NCBI GenBank assembly: GCA_043228905.1
Contig: JBHGNT010000001.1
Location: 12,834,001 to 12,898,000 of the forward strand
Length of the DNA: 64,000 nt
Origin: Azolla caroliniana
Taxonomy: Eukaryota > Plantae > Polypodiophyta
Direction: 5' to 3'
Below the pieces are notes generated by a model. That model saw only the letters and a list, made by a program, of their open reading frames with translations, did not search any database and was not told the origin of the DNA. Below, piece by piece: positions 37,135-48,247 of this stretch. How positions within the stretch are numbered: position 1 is the stretch's first letter; every line of letters starts with the position of its first letter. The position numbers and the translations under genes were made by a program.

Positions 37135-38325
37135 ATGGAAACTGTTAGCGCTCAAGAATACCAATCTGTTTTCTCGGAGCTCCAGTCCTTAAAGGAGAAA
37201 TTTTTAGCGCTTGAACAAGAAAATCACCGCCTGTTGGGGGATCTTCAACAAACGGCGCTGGAAAAACAGCAACAACATGGGGAGCTGACGCTACGGGTAC
37301 AACAACTCGAAGCGACCATTATATCACTCCAACAACAAGGATCAGGTAATCAAGGGATTCACAGAGAACCCAAGATCGGTCTCCCTACAAAATTTGATGG
37401 GACCAGATCACAGTTTAGAGGATTCCTCAACCAAGTACGTCTAGTGATCCAAATGCATCCTTCTCGATATCCCACCGATGCATCCCGAGTGGGACTAGTT
37501 GGCACTCTACTTAGTGGCACGGCTTTGGCATGGTTCGCCCCTCTGTTAGAGAAAAACTCTCCCATGTTAAATAATTTTGAAGAGTTTATGAGCGAGTTTA
37601 AATCCTGTTTCGGAGATACTGACAGTGTTAGAACCGCCATCAACAAAATCCGGAGATTGCGCCAAGGTGAGCGGCCGGCCTCAGCTTATGCTGCGGACTT
37701 CCGTCTTCTTGCCAGCGATATTCCCTGGGATGACCAGGCATTGATGGAACAATTTCGCTTTGGCCTACGGAATGATGTTAAAGATCTACTCTTAACTTTC
37801 CCCGAAGAGCCAAAATCATTGACCGAAGCAATCAGTCGTGCGGTGCGATGCGATAACCGCCTCTTCGAACGACGCTCGGAACGTCAGTTCCAAATGCCAA
37901 GGACAAGATCGGAGCCTACCTATGCTTCAATCGTAGCAAAGCCTTTTTCAAGGGAGTCCTTCAGTACATCTCCAACGAATACTCCGACTCCAATGGAGAT
38001 CGACACCACACGTCGTCGCGGACCACTATCGGAAGAAGAAAAGCAGCGACGCAGGGCACATCGACTATGTTTGTATTGCGGGGGACCAGGGCATATTGCA
38101 GTAAACTGTCCCAATAGACCAAAAAGACAGGTAAACCAAATAATTGCCTGTACTAATAGTACTAAACCCGAGTCTGTTTCCCTAGGTGTGTCTGATAGTC
38201 TTAATAATACTAAAACTGAGTCTACTTCCCTAGGTATGCATGAAAGTTCTAATAGTACTTATAGTCCAAATTTAGTCAACAAATTTGATGTCCTTAGTCA
38301 GTTAGAAGAAGAGTTAAACTATTAA
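37135..38325 (+). CDS. Chromovirus Gag (coiled coil, capsid, CCHC)
   Basis: LPTKFDGTRSQFRGFL, LRQGERPASAYAADF, TPMEID, CLYCGGPGHIAVNC. Confidence 0.95.
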   Translation: METVSAQEYQSVFSELQSLKEKFLALEQENHRLLGDLQQTALEKQQQHGELTLRVQQLEATIISLQQQGSGNQGIHREPKIGLPTKFDGTRSQFRGFLNQVRLVIQMHPSRYPTDASRVGLVGTLLSGTALAWFAPLLEKNSPMLNNFEEFMSEFKSCFGDTDSVRTAINKIRRLRQGERPASAYAADFRLLASDIPWDDQALMEQFRFGLRNDVKDLLLTFPEEPKSLTEAISRAVRCDNRLFERRSERQFQMPRTRSEPTYASIVAKPFSRESFSTSPTNTPTPMEIDTTRRRGPLSEEEKQRRRAHRLCLYCGGPGHIAVNCPNRPKRQVNQIIACTNSTKPESVSLGVSDSLNNTKTESTSLGMHESSNSTYSPNLVNKFDVLSQLEEELNY

Positions 38326-38351
38326 GTCCAGCCAAAATAGGAGCCGTTTGG

Positions 38352-41300
38352 TTGGACAGCCCTAGATCTGTGCAGCCCATTAGTGGTTCCATTCCCTCTA
38401 AGCAAGTTAGTGATGTGTTCGTAGCCCAAGTAGCAGTTAGTACTAAAAGTACCCCTCCAGTACATACCTTAGCACTTCTAGATTCCGGAGCTAATTCTTG
38501 CTTTATGGATAGGAATTTTGCCCAAGCCCATCAGATATCCCTCAGTAAGCTCCCGTGTCCAGCCTCAGTAGTAGTCATTGATGGTCGTCCCATTGCTTCT
38601 GGGAATATCATAGAAGAGTCAGAACCTGTTAATATTGTCCTAGATAACTTAGCATGTGTAGTGTCGTTTAATATTATTAGTATCCCAGAACATCCCATAG
38701 TTTTAGGATTACCATGGTTCGAATTACACAATCCAAACATAGATTGGAGAACAAGGGCAATCCGGTGTCGACAAACCCAAAAGACAATGGCAACCATTTC
38801 GCTACATCAGTTGCGTGAAGAAGGGCGCAAGGAGGAGATGTTCCTTTTCGCAATATCAGTAAACCCCTCCATCACCACTAAAGAAGACAGTACTGTTCAA
38901 CTCCCCGAGAAGTATCGTCAGTACGCTGATGTGTTCGATAAAGTACAAGCCAACACACTTCCTCATCATCGGCCGTACGATTGCGCCATCGACTTACAAC
39001 CGGGAAAAGAGCCGCCATGGGGGCCGATCTACAGTTTGTCACCAACCGAGCTAAAAGTCCTTCGAGCCTATATAGAGGAGAATTTGGAGAACGGTTTCAT
39101 TCGGCATTCGAAATCTCCAGCCGGCGCACCCATTTTCTTCGTCAAGAAAAAAGATGGCTCGCTTCGACTTGTTGTAGATTACCGTGGCTTGAATAAGGTT
39201 ACAATAAGAAATAGGTATGCTCTTCCCCTTATCTCAAGTCTTTTAGAACGAATCAATGGTGCCAGGTTCTTCACGAAGATCGATTTACGAGGAGCCTATA
39301 ACCTCGTACGAATCCGACCAGGAGATGAATGGAAGACCGCGTTTCGCACCAGATATGGGCACTTCGAGTATACGGTCATGCCGTTCGGACTCACTAATGC
39401 GCCAGCAGTCTTCCAGCACATGGCGAATGATATATTTCGAGATCTATTGGATGATTTTCTGATCATCTATTTAGATGATCTACTGGTTTATTCAAAGACC
39501 CAAGAAGAACATGATTCTCATGTACTATTAGTACTAAAACGACTTCGAGAACATGGGCTATATGCAAAGCTAGAGAAATGTAGTTTCGGGTGCAACCAGG
39601 TGGAATTTCTCGGATATGTCATCTCCTCAGAAGGCATCTCTATGGACCCAGCTAAGGTCAAAACGGTGGTAGAATGGCAAACTCCGCGTTCGGTGCGGGA
39701 TGTGCAGTGCTTCCTAGGCTTTGCAAATTTTTACCGGAAGTTCATACAAGACTACTCAAAAATAGTTCTGCCTCTCACACAGCTCACCAGGAAAGGACAA
39801 TCATTTATCTGGTCTAAAGAAACGGACATGGCTTTCGAGAGTCTTAAGAAGGCGTTCACATCAGCTCCAATTCTAGGTCATGTGGATCCGGAACAACCAT
39901 TCATTATCGAAGCTGACGCATCTGATTTCGCATTGGGGAGCATTTTGTCACAACAGGGTAATGACGAGAAGCTGCATCCTGTGGCTTTCCACTCCCGTAA
40001 GTTTGACGCCGCCGAAATCAACTACGAAATTCACGATAAAGAGCTATTGGCAATAGTTGATTCTTTTATACAGTGGAGGCATTTTCTCGAGGGATCTCCT
40101 CATCAAGTCACTGTATTCAGTGACCACAAGAACCTTGCCTACTTTCAAGATGCTCGTGTACTGAATCGACGTCAAGCTCGATGGGCCCACTTCCTCACAC
40201 GCTTCGACTTCAAAATTACATATCGTCCGGGGAAGCACCAAGGGAAGGCAGATGCATTATCACGACGTTCGTATCTAACACCACGTCCCGGGGAGCCAGC
40301 TTTCGATAACCAGAAGCAAGTAATCTTGGGACCAGCACGACTACAAGGAGCACAGGTCTTTGACATGCCCATGGACTCTGACGTCACCAATACTATACGT
40401 GAGGACTTGAAGACTGACGCCTTCGCCCAAGCTATACTAGCACAAATTGACCCCTGTCGAGCGTCATGTTCACAGTCACAACCACCAGGTACTGACTATC
40501 GGCAATTTAAATACTGTGATGGATTACTCTTCTTTAAAGAACTTTTGTATGTTCCTAATGGTTCTTGCCGCCTTCGAGTAGTACAAAACTGCCATGACAC
40601 ATATACAGCAGGACATTTCGGTAGTACTAAAACATTAGATTTAGTACAACGATCATTCTGGTGGCCCCGTATGCAACAATTTGTCAAAGATTTTGTTCGG
40701 ACTTGTGACACCTGTTGCAGAGCGAAAATGCCAAGGCATCATCCATATGGTTTATTAGAACCATTACCAATTCCAAGCAAGCCATGGCAATCCATTGCTC
40801 TCGACTTCATCACAGATCTTCCAGTCTCTAAGGAGTTCAACGCGATTCTAACAGTGGTGGATCGATATACGAAGATGGCTCATTTCTTACCATGTACTAA
40901 GGAAATATCTAGTGAAGACACCGCCGAAATTGTCATGCGGGAAGTATGTCGGCATCATGGACTTCCCGATAGTATCATTAGCGATCGTGGACCCCAGTTT
41001 GTATCCAAATTCTGGAAGCACCTTTTTAAGATGCTCAAGGTGACTTGTAACCTCTCCTCCGGCTACCACCCACAAACCGACGGTCAAGCCGAACGAACAA
41101 ATCAAACATTGGAGCAGTATCTGCGGTGCTTTCTCAGCTATCATCAGGATGACTGGGCAGATATTCTTCACTTCGCCGAATTTGCCTATAATAACGCTAT
41201 CCACGCATCGACTAAAGTTACGCCATTCTATGCTTATACGGGATGTCATCCCCGGTGGTCTGTCCTTGAAGTCCCAGAAGTGTCCACAAATCCGTGCGCG

Positions 41301-41900
41301 GAGGATCGTTTGGAGCGATTACGCAAGATACAAGAAGATTTATCTACTCAACTCCAGCATGCTCAACAATCACACAAGGACTACGCAGATCGTCATCGAC
41401 TTCCATCCAGTTTTAACATTGGGGATCGGGTGTGGCTGCTACGACGACACATCAAGACTACTCGCCCATGTGAAAAATTGGATTATCGGCGATTAGGTCC
41501 TTTCCGTATTATCGGAAAGATTAATGATGTCGCTTTTCGTCTCGATCTACCTCCGCAACTTCGGATACATCCGGTATTTCATAGTTCCCTCCTTGAACCT
41601 TATCACGAGAGCACTATCCCAGGACGGATTACACAACCTCCACCTCCTATCGAGCTTGAAGATGGACCTGAGTATGAGGTCGCTGCCATCCTTGATTCCA
41701 AGATTGTTCGCAATAAGCTCTACTATCTAGTCGATTGGCTAGGGTATAGTCCCAGCGAGCGTACTTGGGAGCCGATCGAGAACGTGACCAATGCTCGTGC
41801 TCTTCTTGAAGACTTCCATCGTCGATATCCAGAGAAACCGGGTCCTCAATCTAAAACGACTCGTGGAACTCGTCGTTTTAAAGGGGGGATAGTGTCATAA
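38352..41900 (+). CDS. Chromovirus Pol (PR-RT-RNase H-INT-chromodomain), -1 frame relative to gag
   Basis: LLDSGA, YLDD, EADASD, HDKELLA, H..H/C..C zinc finger, LDFIT, SDRG, QTDGQAER, GPF, EYEVAAILD..YLVDWLGY..TWEP. Uninterrupted, and ends just inside the 3' LTR. Confidence 0.96.
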   Translation: MDSPRSVQPISGSIPSKQVSDVFVAQVAVSTKSTPPVHTLALLDSGANSCFMDRNFAQAHQISLSKLPCPASVVVIDGRPIASGNIIEESEPVNIVLDNLACVVSFNIISIPEHPIVLGLPWFELHNPNIDWRTRAIRCRQTQKTMATISLHQLREEGRKEEMFLFAISVNPSITTKEDSTVQLPEKYRQYADVFDKVQANTLPHHRPYDCAIDLQPGKEPPWGPIYSLSPTELKVLRAYIEENLENGFIRHSKSPAGAPIFFVKKKDGSLRLVVDYRGLNKVTIRNRYALPLISSLLERINGARFFTKIDLRGAYNLVRIRPGDEWKTAFRTRYGHFEYTVMPFGLTNAPAVFQHMANDIFRDLLDDFLIIYLDDLLVYSKTQEEHDSHVLLVLKRLREHGLYAKLEKCSFGCNQVEFLGYVISSEGISMDPAKVKTVVEWQTPRSVRDVQCFLGFANFYRKFIQDYSKIVLPLTQLTRKGQSFIWSKETDMAFESLKKAFTSAPILGHVDPEQPFIIEADASDFALGSILSQQGNDEKLHPVAFHSRKFDAAEINYEIHDKELLAIVDSFIQWRHFLEGSPHQVTVFSDHKNLAYFQDARVLNRRQARWAHFLTRFDFKITYRPGKHQGKADALSRRSYLTPRPGEPAFDNQKQVILGPARLQGAQVFDMPMDSDVTNTIREDLKTDAFAQAILAQIDPCRASCSQSQPPGTDYRQFKYCDGLLFFKELLYVPNGSCRLRVVQNCHDTYTAGHFGSTKTLDLVQRSFWWPRMQQFVKDFVRTCDTCCRAKMPRHHPYGLLEPLPIPSKPWQSIALDFITDLPVSKEFNAILTVVDRYTKMAHFLPCTKEISSEDTAEIVMREVCRHHGLPDSIISDRGPQFVSKFWKHLFKMLKVTCNLSSGYHPQTDGQAERTNQTLEQYLRCFLSYHQDDWADILHFAEFAYNNAIHASTKVTPFYAYTGCHPRWSVLEVPEVSTNPCAEDRLERLRKIQEDLSTQLQHAQQSHKDYADRHRLPSSFNIGDRVWLLRRHIKTTRPCEKLDYRRLGPFRIIGKINDVAFRLDLPPQLRIHPVFHSSLLEPYHESTIPGRITQPPPPIELEDGPEYEVAAILDSKIVRNKLYYLVDWLGYSPSERTWEPIENVTNARALLEDFHRRYPEKPGPQSKTTRGTRRFKGGIVS

Positions 41901-42374
41901 CTAGACTCGAACCCATAACCTGTTGTTACATGGGTCGAGTCTTTACCGTTATATTATACATTGTAATTCGAAGTATATTATTTTCATTTATATTTTATTA
42001 GGAAATGGATGTATATTCCAGATTTCTCTGGAACATTCTAGAAACTTCAGGAGTATTCCTGAAGACACTATAAAAGGAGGCGCAAGGCATTAGTTCGAAC
42101 CAAATCGGTTCAACGCCAGTCTTAAGCCTTCTAGCTGTTATTGTATATTTTCCTTCACCTAATACATATATCCTTCGTATCATCATTCTCTCTCTCTCTC
42201 TCTCTCTCCCTCTCACTCGTTCCTTCTCTCAACGTTCTACACCTCTCATAGTACTAATCCTTCTCTGTCTTAGTACTGTTCTCAACAATTGTACTAATCC
42301 TTCTTTTAGTACTAATTCCTTCTCCGCCTAGGTAGCGTTCCTGACAGTAGGAAAGATCAAGTCGAGATTAATAC

Positions 42375-44579
42375 TTGGAGATGGCGTCCTCAAGCAACCA
42401 AGCGGGAGAGCTCGAAAGGATGATGCTAATCGTCGAGCAAATGATGAGATCTCGGGACAACGACGCGAGCGTGGAGAAGGCTGTTGATCGTGTCGTAGAG
42501 CTCGAGGGCCAATTCGATGGAAGGAATGTTACGAAGTTCTTTGATGCATATAAGAGGGAGATGAATCAAAGGGACGTGTCCGAGGCACGTCAAATCGCAA
42601 GCTTCAAGAGAGTTGTCGCCAACAACATCCAAAGACGCGTCATCGAGCTTCAAGAAGGAAAGACAACATGGTCCGAGTTCGAGAAAACGATACTAGCGGA
42701 GTTCGTGACTGAAGACTCAACGAGGATGACTCGACATGCCCTGATGAAGTGGATAGAGAAGAAGAATAAGAAGATGAGCGTCTCGAGGGTGTACGACGAA
42801 TTCGACCAGATGTTTAGTCGTCTCCCCAATACGGACCAAGTGTTGCTTGAAGAGGACAAGACTTTGTACTTCTTGAAGGCCGTGGACATAAAGGATAGAC
42901 GGGAGTTGGGGACTCTTCTCGAAGATGATACCCAAGCAAATGGGCTCATAGCGGACTGGATCGCGGTGAAGCGGGCATGCAATAGGCTCGACAAGCGTCG
43001 CCAATGGGTTGATGACACCGACTTGACGGGACCGACTACCACGGAGAAAGCAAGACCGCCGAAAGTAGCTGAGCCGCCAAGACAAAGTAACGTGGAAGAA
43101 AAGAAGATTGATGACGACATCATTGAAGAGCTAGCGAAGAAGTTCGAGAAGGTCACGCTAGCCAACATGAATCGTCGGGGCCCTAAAGGAAAAAAACCCT
43201 TTAGATGCGTGTGGTGCGATAGCATGGACCACATGAGAAGGGATTGTGCGAGCCTTCGAGAGGCGATTCGACAAAATATCGTATACATAGAGGACAACAT
43301 GATCTGCTCAAGCGAGACTAGAAGACCCCTACGGGTGAATTTCGGAAGAGGAGGAATGAAGAGATCTATGGAGGATGCCGATGCGACTCATGTGGATGCG
43401 ATGCACTATGCTGCGTCGGCCGGAATAAGAGTCGGGAAAGACAAGACTAAAGCTGCTAGAGCGGGAGCAAAGTTTTGGACTTCCGTTCTCGAATATGAGA
43501 AGAAGGGAAAAATCACATCGAACGAGGTAGAGCTTGCGGACCGAAGCGTGCAAAGCATAACCGGGTGGTCGGATCCGGTGGACGACAACACCATACTTGC
43601 AGAGGTGATGTGCGACAACCACGAGGTGTTCGTCGAAGAAAAGAGAAAGAGAATAGAAGAGCAAGGGCCATCAAAAAGACATGAAACAAGGAACGCGAAA
43701 AAGAAGGACGATGCGGAGACGAGTCGACCTTTACAAACGGAGGAACGAGAATCAAGCCGAAAAGGGGAGCTGAGCATACGAGTTGAAGAAACGGTTCGGC
43801 CCGTGAAGGTTGGTGTCGAAGACCCCGCTCGGAGGACAAGGACCATACCTACCTATAAGCTAAGGTCGGACATAGAGCAGATGACGGACCTAAAGAAGAT
43901 TCTCGAAGAACGAGTTCTTGATAGCCACGTGACTTTGTCCTTGAGGGAATTGCTTGGCATTACGAAGAAGGAGTTCCATGACACGATCGTGGACCTTGTA
44001 AAGAGAAAGAGACAACAATCGGACGAGGAAGAAGAGAAGCCGCAGAAAGCAAAAACGAATGCCATAACGATGGCAAGAGACGAAATCGATGAAGATATGG
44101 TGGACAGCCACTACACTCGACCTCATTGGGCACGAGCGACAACGGAGACGCCGGTGAAGATCGGGGAGAAGAAAGAGACCGTCGTAGCCTTGATCGACCA
44201 CGGCTCGGAGATCAACCTCATGTCAACCGACTTCTACAAAATGGGAAGATGGCCAATCAATACAAACCACGGATGGAAGATTCGCGCGGCAACAAAGTCT
44301 ACGGAGGACTTGTACAGAGCTTGTCCCAATGTCAAAGTCACGATCGGGGATGTGGAGATGGATCAACACTTCTTCGTACAAGAATCGGCATTGCATCCTG
44401 TCATCCTAGGGCAACCTTATATCACATCATCTCGGATGGAGACCAAAGTGTTCGATAATGGAGCAGCCTTCGCACGAATAAAGAGTCTTGACAACCAAAG
44501 ATCGGTCCAATTCCTAACCGTGCGAGCCAATCATGAAAGGAATCGAGATAGTCTCGGAGGCGAATCCTCGGATTTTTAG
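42375..44579 (+). CDS. Gag plus protease of the Trp-primed gypsy element
   Basis: FDGRNVTKF, CVWCDSMDHMRRDC, ALIDHGSEINL, VILGQP; 734-aa open frame. Confidence 0.9.
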   Translation: MEMASSSNQAGELERMMLIVEQMMRSRDNDASVEKAVDRVVELEGQFDGRNVTKFFDAYKREMNQRDVSEARQIASFKRVVANNIQRRVIELQEGKTTWSEFEKTILAEFVTEDSTRMTRHALMKWIEKKNKKMSVSRVYDEFDQMFSRLPNTDQVLLEEDKTLYFLKAVDIKDRRELGTLLEDDTQANGLIADWIAVKRACNRLDKRRQWVDDTDLTGPTTTEKARPPKVAEPPRQSNVEEKKIDDDIIEELAKKFEKVTLANMNRRGPKGKKPFRCVWCDSMDHMRRDCASLREAIRQNIVYIEDNMICSSETRRPLRVNFGRGGMKRSMEDADATHVDAMHYAASAGIRVGKDKTKAARAGAKFWTSVLEYEKKGKITSNEVELADRSVQSITGWSDPVDDNTILAEVMCDNHEVFVEEKRKRIEEQGPSKRHETRNAKKKDDAETSRPLQTEERESSRKGELSIRVEETVRPVKVGVEDPARRTRTIPTYKLRSDIEQMTDLKKILEERVLDSHVTLSLRELLGITKKEFHDTIVDLVKRKRQQSDEEEEKPQKAKTNAITMARDEIDEDMVDSHYTRPHWARATTETPVKIGEKKETVVALIDHGSEINLMSTDFYKMGRWPINTNHGWKIRAATKSTEDLYRACPNVKVTIGDVEMDQHFFVQESALHPVILGQPYITSSRMETKVFDNGAAFARIKSLDNQRSVQFLTVRANHERNRDSLGGESSDF

Positions 44580-47500
44580 AGCGGACTATTGAAGCATGGG
44601 GCACAAATAGTCCGAGCAATCACAAGACCCCACAAGAAAGAAGAGCGCGTGGATTGCAAGGAGAAGCAACATGTGTCACACCTAGTGGCGCATGTAAACT
44701 AGTACTACCCGACAAGAAGCACAAGCGCCGGATACAAGAATTCGAGAAGATGCTGAAAGAAGAGAACATAATAGAAGAAGGAGAGTTCGTGACTCATATT
44801 ATGGAAGAAGCCTCATTTAACGACACCATCGGCGAAATCGAGGACGTCGTGGACTTGAGCTATCTTCACAACCAACGTGTGATTTTGGTTAACTCCGTCA
44901 ACATGTACGCTATCATCGATGAATACCGTCGTGGCATCTTGATGAATGAAGCTGACATCAACACGAAATATAAAACAGTGGATAAGAAGATCAAGCCAGT
45001 TGCGGTTCTGCTACCGGAAGATAGCTGGCAAAAGATGAAGGAAGTCGCTAACGATCCAAGCTTAAGAGATCTGAAGAAGATAGGTCATGACTTCACCAAA
45101 GAGACGAAGGGGAAGCTACGAGTTGGAAAGGAGGATTTCCTTCTCCCTGAAGAGGAGCGAATGTTTCGCGATATGCTTGAGAGACATGGGAAGGCTTTCG
45201 CATTCTTCCCACGAGAAATCGGATGCGCCGACCCAAAAGTTATAGAGCCAATGGTGATCTTCATGGTGCCTCATGTGCCTTGGAATTTGAAACCGATACC
45301 GGTTCCGAGAGCACACCTTCCGAAGCTGATTGAGCTCTTAAAAGAGAAGGTGAGTATGGGAATTCTAGAACCGTCGAATGCTCCTTATTCCAATAGGTGG
45401 TTCACGGTGCCGAAGAAGAATGGATCATTGCGATTCATCCAAGATCTTCAACCCGTCAACAAGGTGTCAATTCGAAATGCCGGAATCGGTCCGAGCGTGG
45501 ACGAATTTGCCGAAGCGTTTGCGGGCCAGTCCATCTACTCCATTGGCGATCTCTACTCCGGATATGACCAATTCCAGTTGGCGATCGACAGTCGGGACAT
45601 TACAACCATGAGGACTTTGATCGGGCTTGTGCGGATGTGTACCTTACCCCAAGGCGCAACGAACTCGGTGGCTCATATGGTGAATGCCATGAATAAAGTC
45701 TTGAAGGATTGCATTCCGGACATCACGATGCCATTCTTGGATGATATTCCAATAAAAGGATGTTCGGATGAGGAGAAAGATGAATCGAAAGATAAGGAAG
45801 GTTGTAGAAAGTTCGTTGCGGATCATATGAAAGATTGCGAGAAGGTGCTTCAAAGGCTCGAAGATGCGAATTTGACATTTTCGGGAGAAAAATCCGCATT
45901 CGGGCAACCAGAGATCTTGGTGGTAGGTCACTTGTGTGGAGCATACGGCCGGAAGCCCTCGCCATCCAAAGTGAATGCAATCCAAGACATGAAAGAAGAA
46001 TGCGAAAACCAAACGGAGGTTCGAAGGTTCCTTGGAGCGTGCGCGTTTTATCATATATGGATTCCTCACTACGCTCATGTCGCCGAACCGTTATATGGAC
46101 TACTAAAGAAAAGAATAAAGTTCGAATGGCGAGACGAGCACACAGAGGCGATGCAAAGATTAAAGAAACTGCTTCTTGAAGCTCCGGCACTAAGGAAGGC
46201 CGACTATGCCGAAGGGAAACCAATTTACGTGACCGTAGATACGAGCCCAACCGGAATCGGGTGGGTCATCAATCAAGAAGGTGAAGATAATGCGCGATAT
46301 GCCGTCCGGTTCGGAGCAAAGGTTCTCAGCAAACAGCAACAAAGATATGCCCAAGTCAAGCGGGAACTTTGGTGTATTGTGTCGGCAGTGAAGACGGACA
46401 AAGATTACCTGATCGGGTCAGAAGTGATAATAGAGACAGATTGTCTCCCAATTCTCGGAATGGTCTCGGGATGTTCGACCCCAGATCTTGCTATGCTAAG
46501 GTGGATCGCCTACATCAAGTCTTTAAACCCAGAGATCCGTCTCATCGCAGGGAAGAAGAACGCCATGGCTGACATGCTGTCGAGGGCAAGATTTTCAAAT
46601 GGAAGTAACATGGTTTCGGAAGATGAAGATGTCGCCCTCGACTTCTTCAAGATGGCTCGATTGTCGGCGGAAGACCAGGACACGCAAACCCTCCACGCCT
46701 TCAACGAGAACGAGTACGAAGGAGAGTGGTTACTCATCGGTAGATTCCTAAGAATATTGACGGCAGATGCTTCGTTGACAAAGGAGGAGGCCCTACGAAT
46801 CCAAAAGAAAGCTTACCGATACTTCTTGAAGGGAGGATTCCTTTGGCGACATCCAAAAAGAAGGACAGGAATACCACGTCGAGTGGTGGTAAAGAAAGAA
46901 GAGCAAGAGACGCTAATGACCGAATTCCACGAGAGTGCTTGGGCAGGTCATAGAGGAACATGGGCGACGTTCGAAAAGTTGAAGGAGAAGTACTGGTGGC
47001 CAAGCATGTACAAAGATGTACTCCATTTCGTGTCCACATGCGAAACTTGCCAAGTATATTCAAATATACGTCATCGTGATGAGTTAAAGCCGACATACCC
47101 ACTCACCATACACTTCAAATGGATGGTGGATCTGGTCTCGATGCCAATGGGAGTGGGACAAATGAAGTACTTAGCGTTGGCAAGGGAAGACTTGACAAAT
47201 CAAGTGGAAGGACGAGCCTTGACAAATAAGATGACTTCAGCCGTTTGCAAATTTCTACTTGAAGATGTTGTTTGCCGATATGGATGTGTAGGGAAGATAG
47301 TGGCCGACCGAGGGGAGTTGGACGCGCACGAAGCGACGGAGCTCTTCGAAAGACTAGGCGTGAAGCTCTCCCTCACGACTGCCTACAATCCGGAAGCAAA
47401 TGGGAAGATCGAGCGAGGGCATGGACCTATCGTTAAAGCCATCGTACGGGCATGCGACGGTCGAGTCGGGAATTGGCCATGACTATTACCCTATGCCTTG

Positions 47501-47758
47501 TGGGCCGATAGAACGACACATAGCTCGGTGACAGGGTATATGCCGACGGAGCTTATGTATGGACAAAAGCCGATTATGCCCATCGAAAGGACGATCGCCT
47601 CATGGGTAGCGATACCGTGGGGGAACGAGATGAGCCGAGAAGAGTTATTAGCGGCGCGGATAAGGCAACTTGAAAGAAGACCTGAAGATTTAGAAAAAGC
47701 GCGAAAGATGATGAAGGCAGCCCGAGTAAAGAACAAAGTTCGGTTCGACAACACGCAT
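44570..47758 (+). pseudogene. Pol (RT-RNase H-INT) of the Trp-primed gypsy element; one TGA at 47480, cut by the gap
   Basis: WFTVPKKNGSLRFIQDL, GDLYSGY, LPQG, FLDD, VDTSP, GHRG, ADRGE, NGKIER. The frame is open from 44570. Confidence 0.9.
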
Positions 47759-47858
47759 NNNNNNNNNNNNNNNNNNNNNNNNNNNNNNNNNNNNNNNNNN
47801 NNNNNNNNNNNNNNNNNNNNNNNNNNNNNNNNNNNNNNNNNNNNNNNNNNNNNNNNNN
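47759..47858. other. Assembly gap (100 N)
   Basis: Run of N replacing the integrase end, PPT and most of the 3' LTR. Confidence 0.98.
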
Positions 47859-48247
47859 ACAAATCAATCGTGTAATCTCATCTTCTCTCTTTCCCAATCT
47901 ATCTTAAGTACTTTCTCTCCAAAGCTTGTATCGACTCTAAATCCTTCTGGTCCAGAACCCCGGCGGTTCCGCCTCACGATCCGCGCGTAGTGACGGATCT
48001 TCACGACATCGGATGCCTTCACCTTATAGATGAATTCATTCGAGAACTACTCCTTTCCTCCATCCGATCATAGGCATCGAATGTGCCAATCGGTTTCTTT
48101 TTCGACTTGGCTCTAAGACTTGAGCTTTTGGACGTGGGAGAGCACTTTACTCTTCTTCTTCATTAGGAAGATCCATGTGTAGAGGGAGTAGTCGTCAATG
48201 AAGGTCACGTAGCATCGGCATCTGCCGATCATCAGCGTTTGGGCCGG

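Larger units (their letters stand above)
36584..42346 (+). mobile_element. Intact Tcn1/Tf1-sushi-like chromovirus (Ty3/gypsy), very recent
   Basis: 454-bp LTRs 36584-37037 and 41893-42346 appear identical. TSD GTAGG (36579-36583, 42347-42351). PPT AAAAGGGGGGATAG. No tRNA PBS. Confidence 0.97.
35455..48008 (+). mobile_element. Ty3/gypsy non-chromovirus element with tRNA-Trp PBS and 4-bp TSD
   Basis: 5' LTR 35455-36545. PBS TGGTGAACCCGATGTGA at about 36554-36570. 3' LTR end 47859-48008 matches 36397-36545. TSD CCGG/TCGG. Contains a nested chromovirus and an N gap. Confidence 0.92.
33928..48247 (-). mobile_element. Copia remnant (3' LTR, PPT, integrase) lacking RT/RNase H, interrupted by a gypsy element
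   Basis: 3' LTR ends at 34411 (TGTTGAGA on minus, contains (GT)n(GA)n; left limit approximate). PPT 34412-34421. INT 34704-35454 continues at 48009-48247 (VTFIDD..EGIR|REFSC). Confidence 0.82.

Noticed and set aside
37135-38325. Domesticated PEG10/RTL-like gene
   Set aside because: Flanked by identical LTRs, a TSD and a complete pol, so it is an ordinary mobile element.
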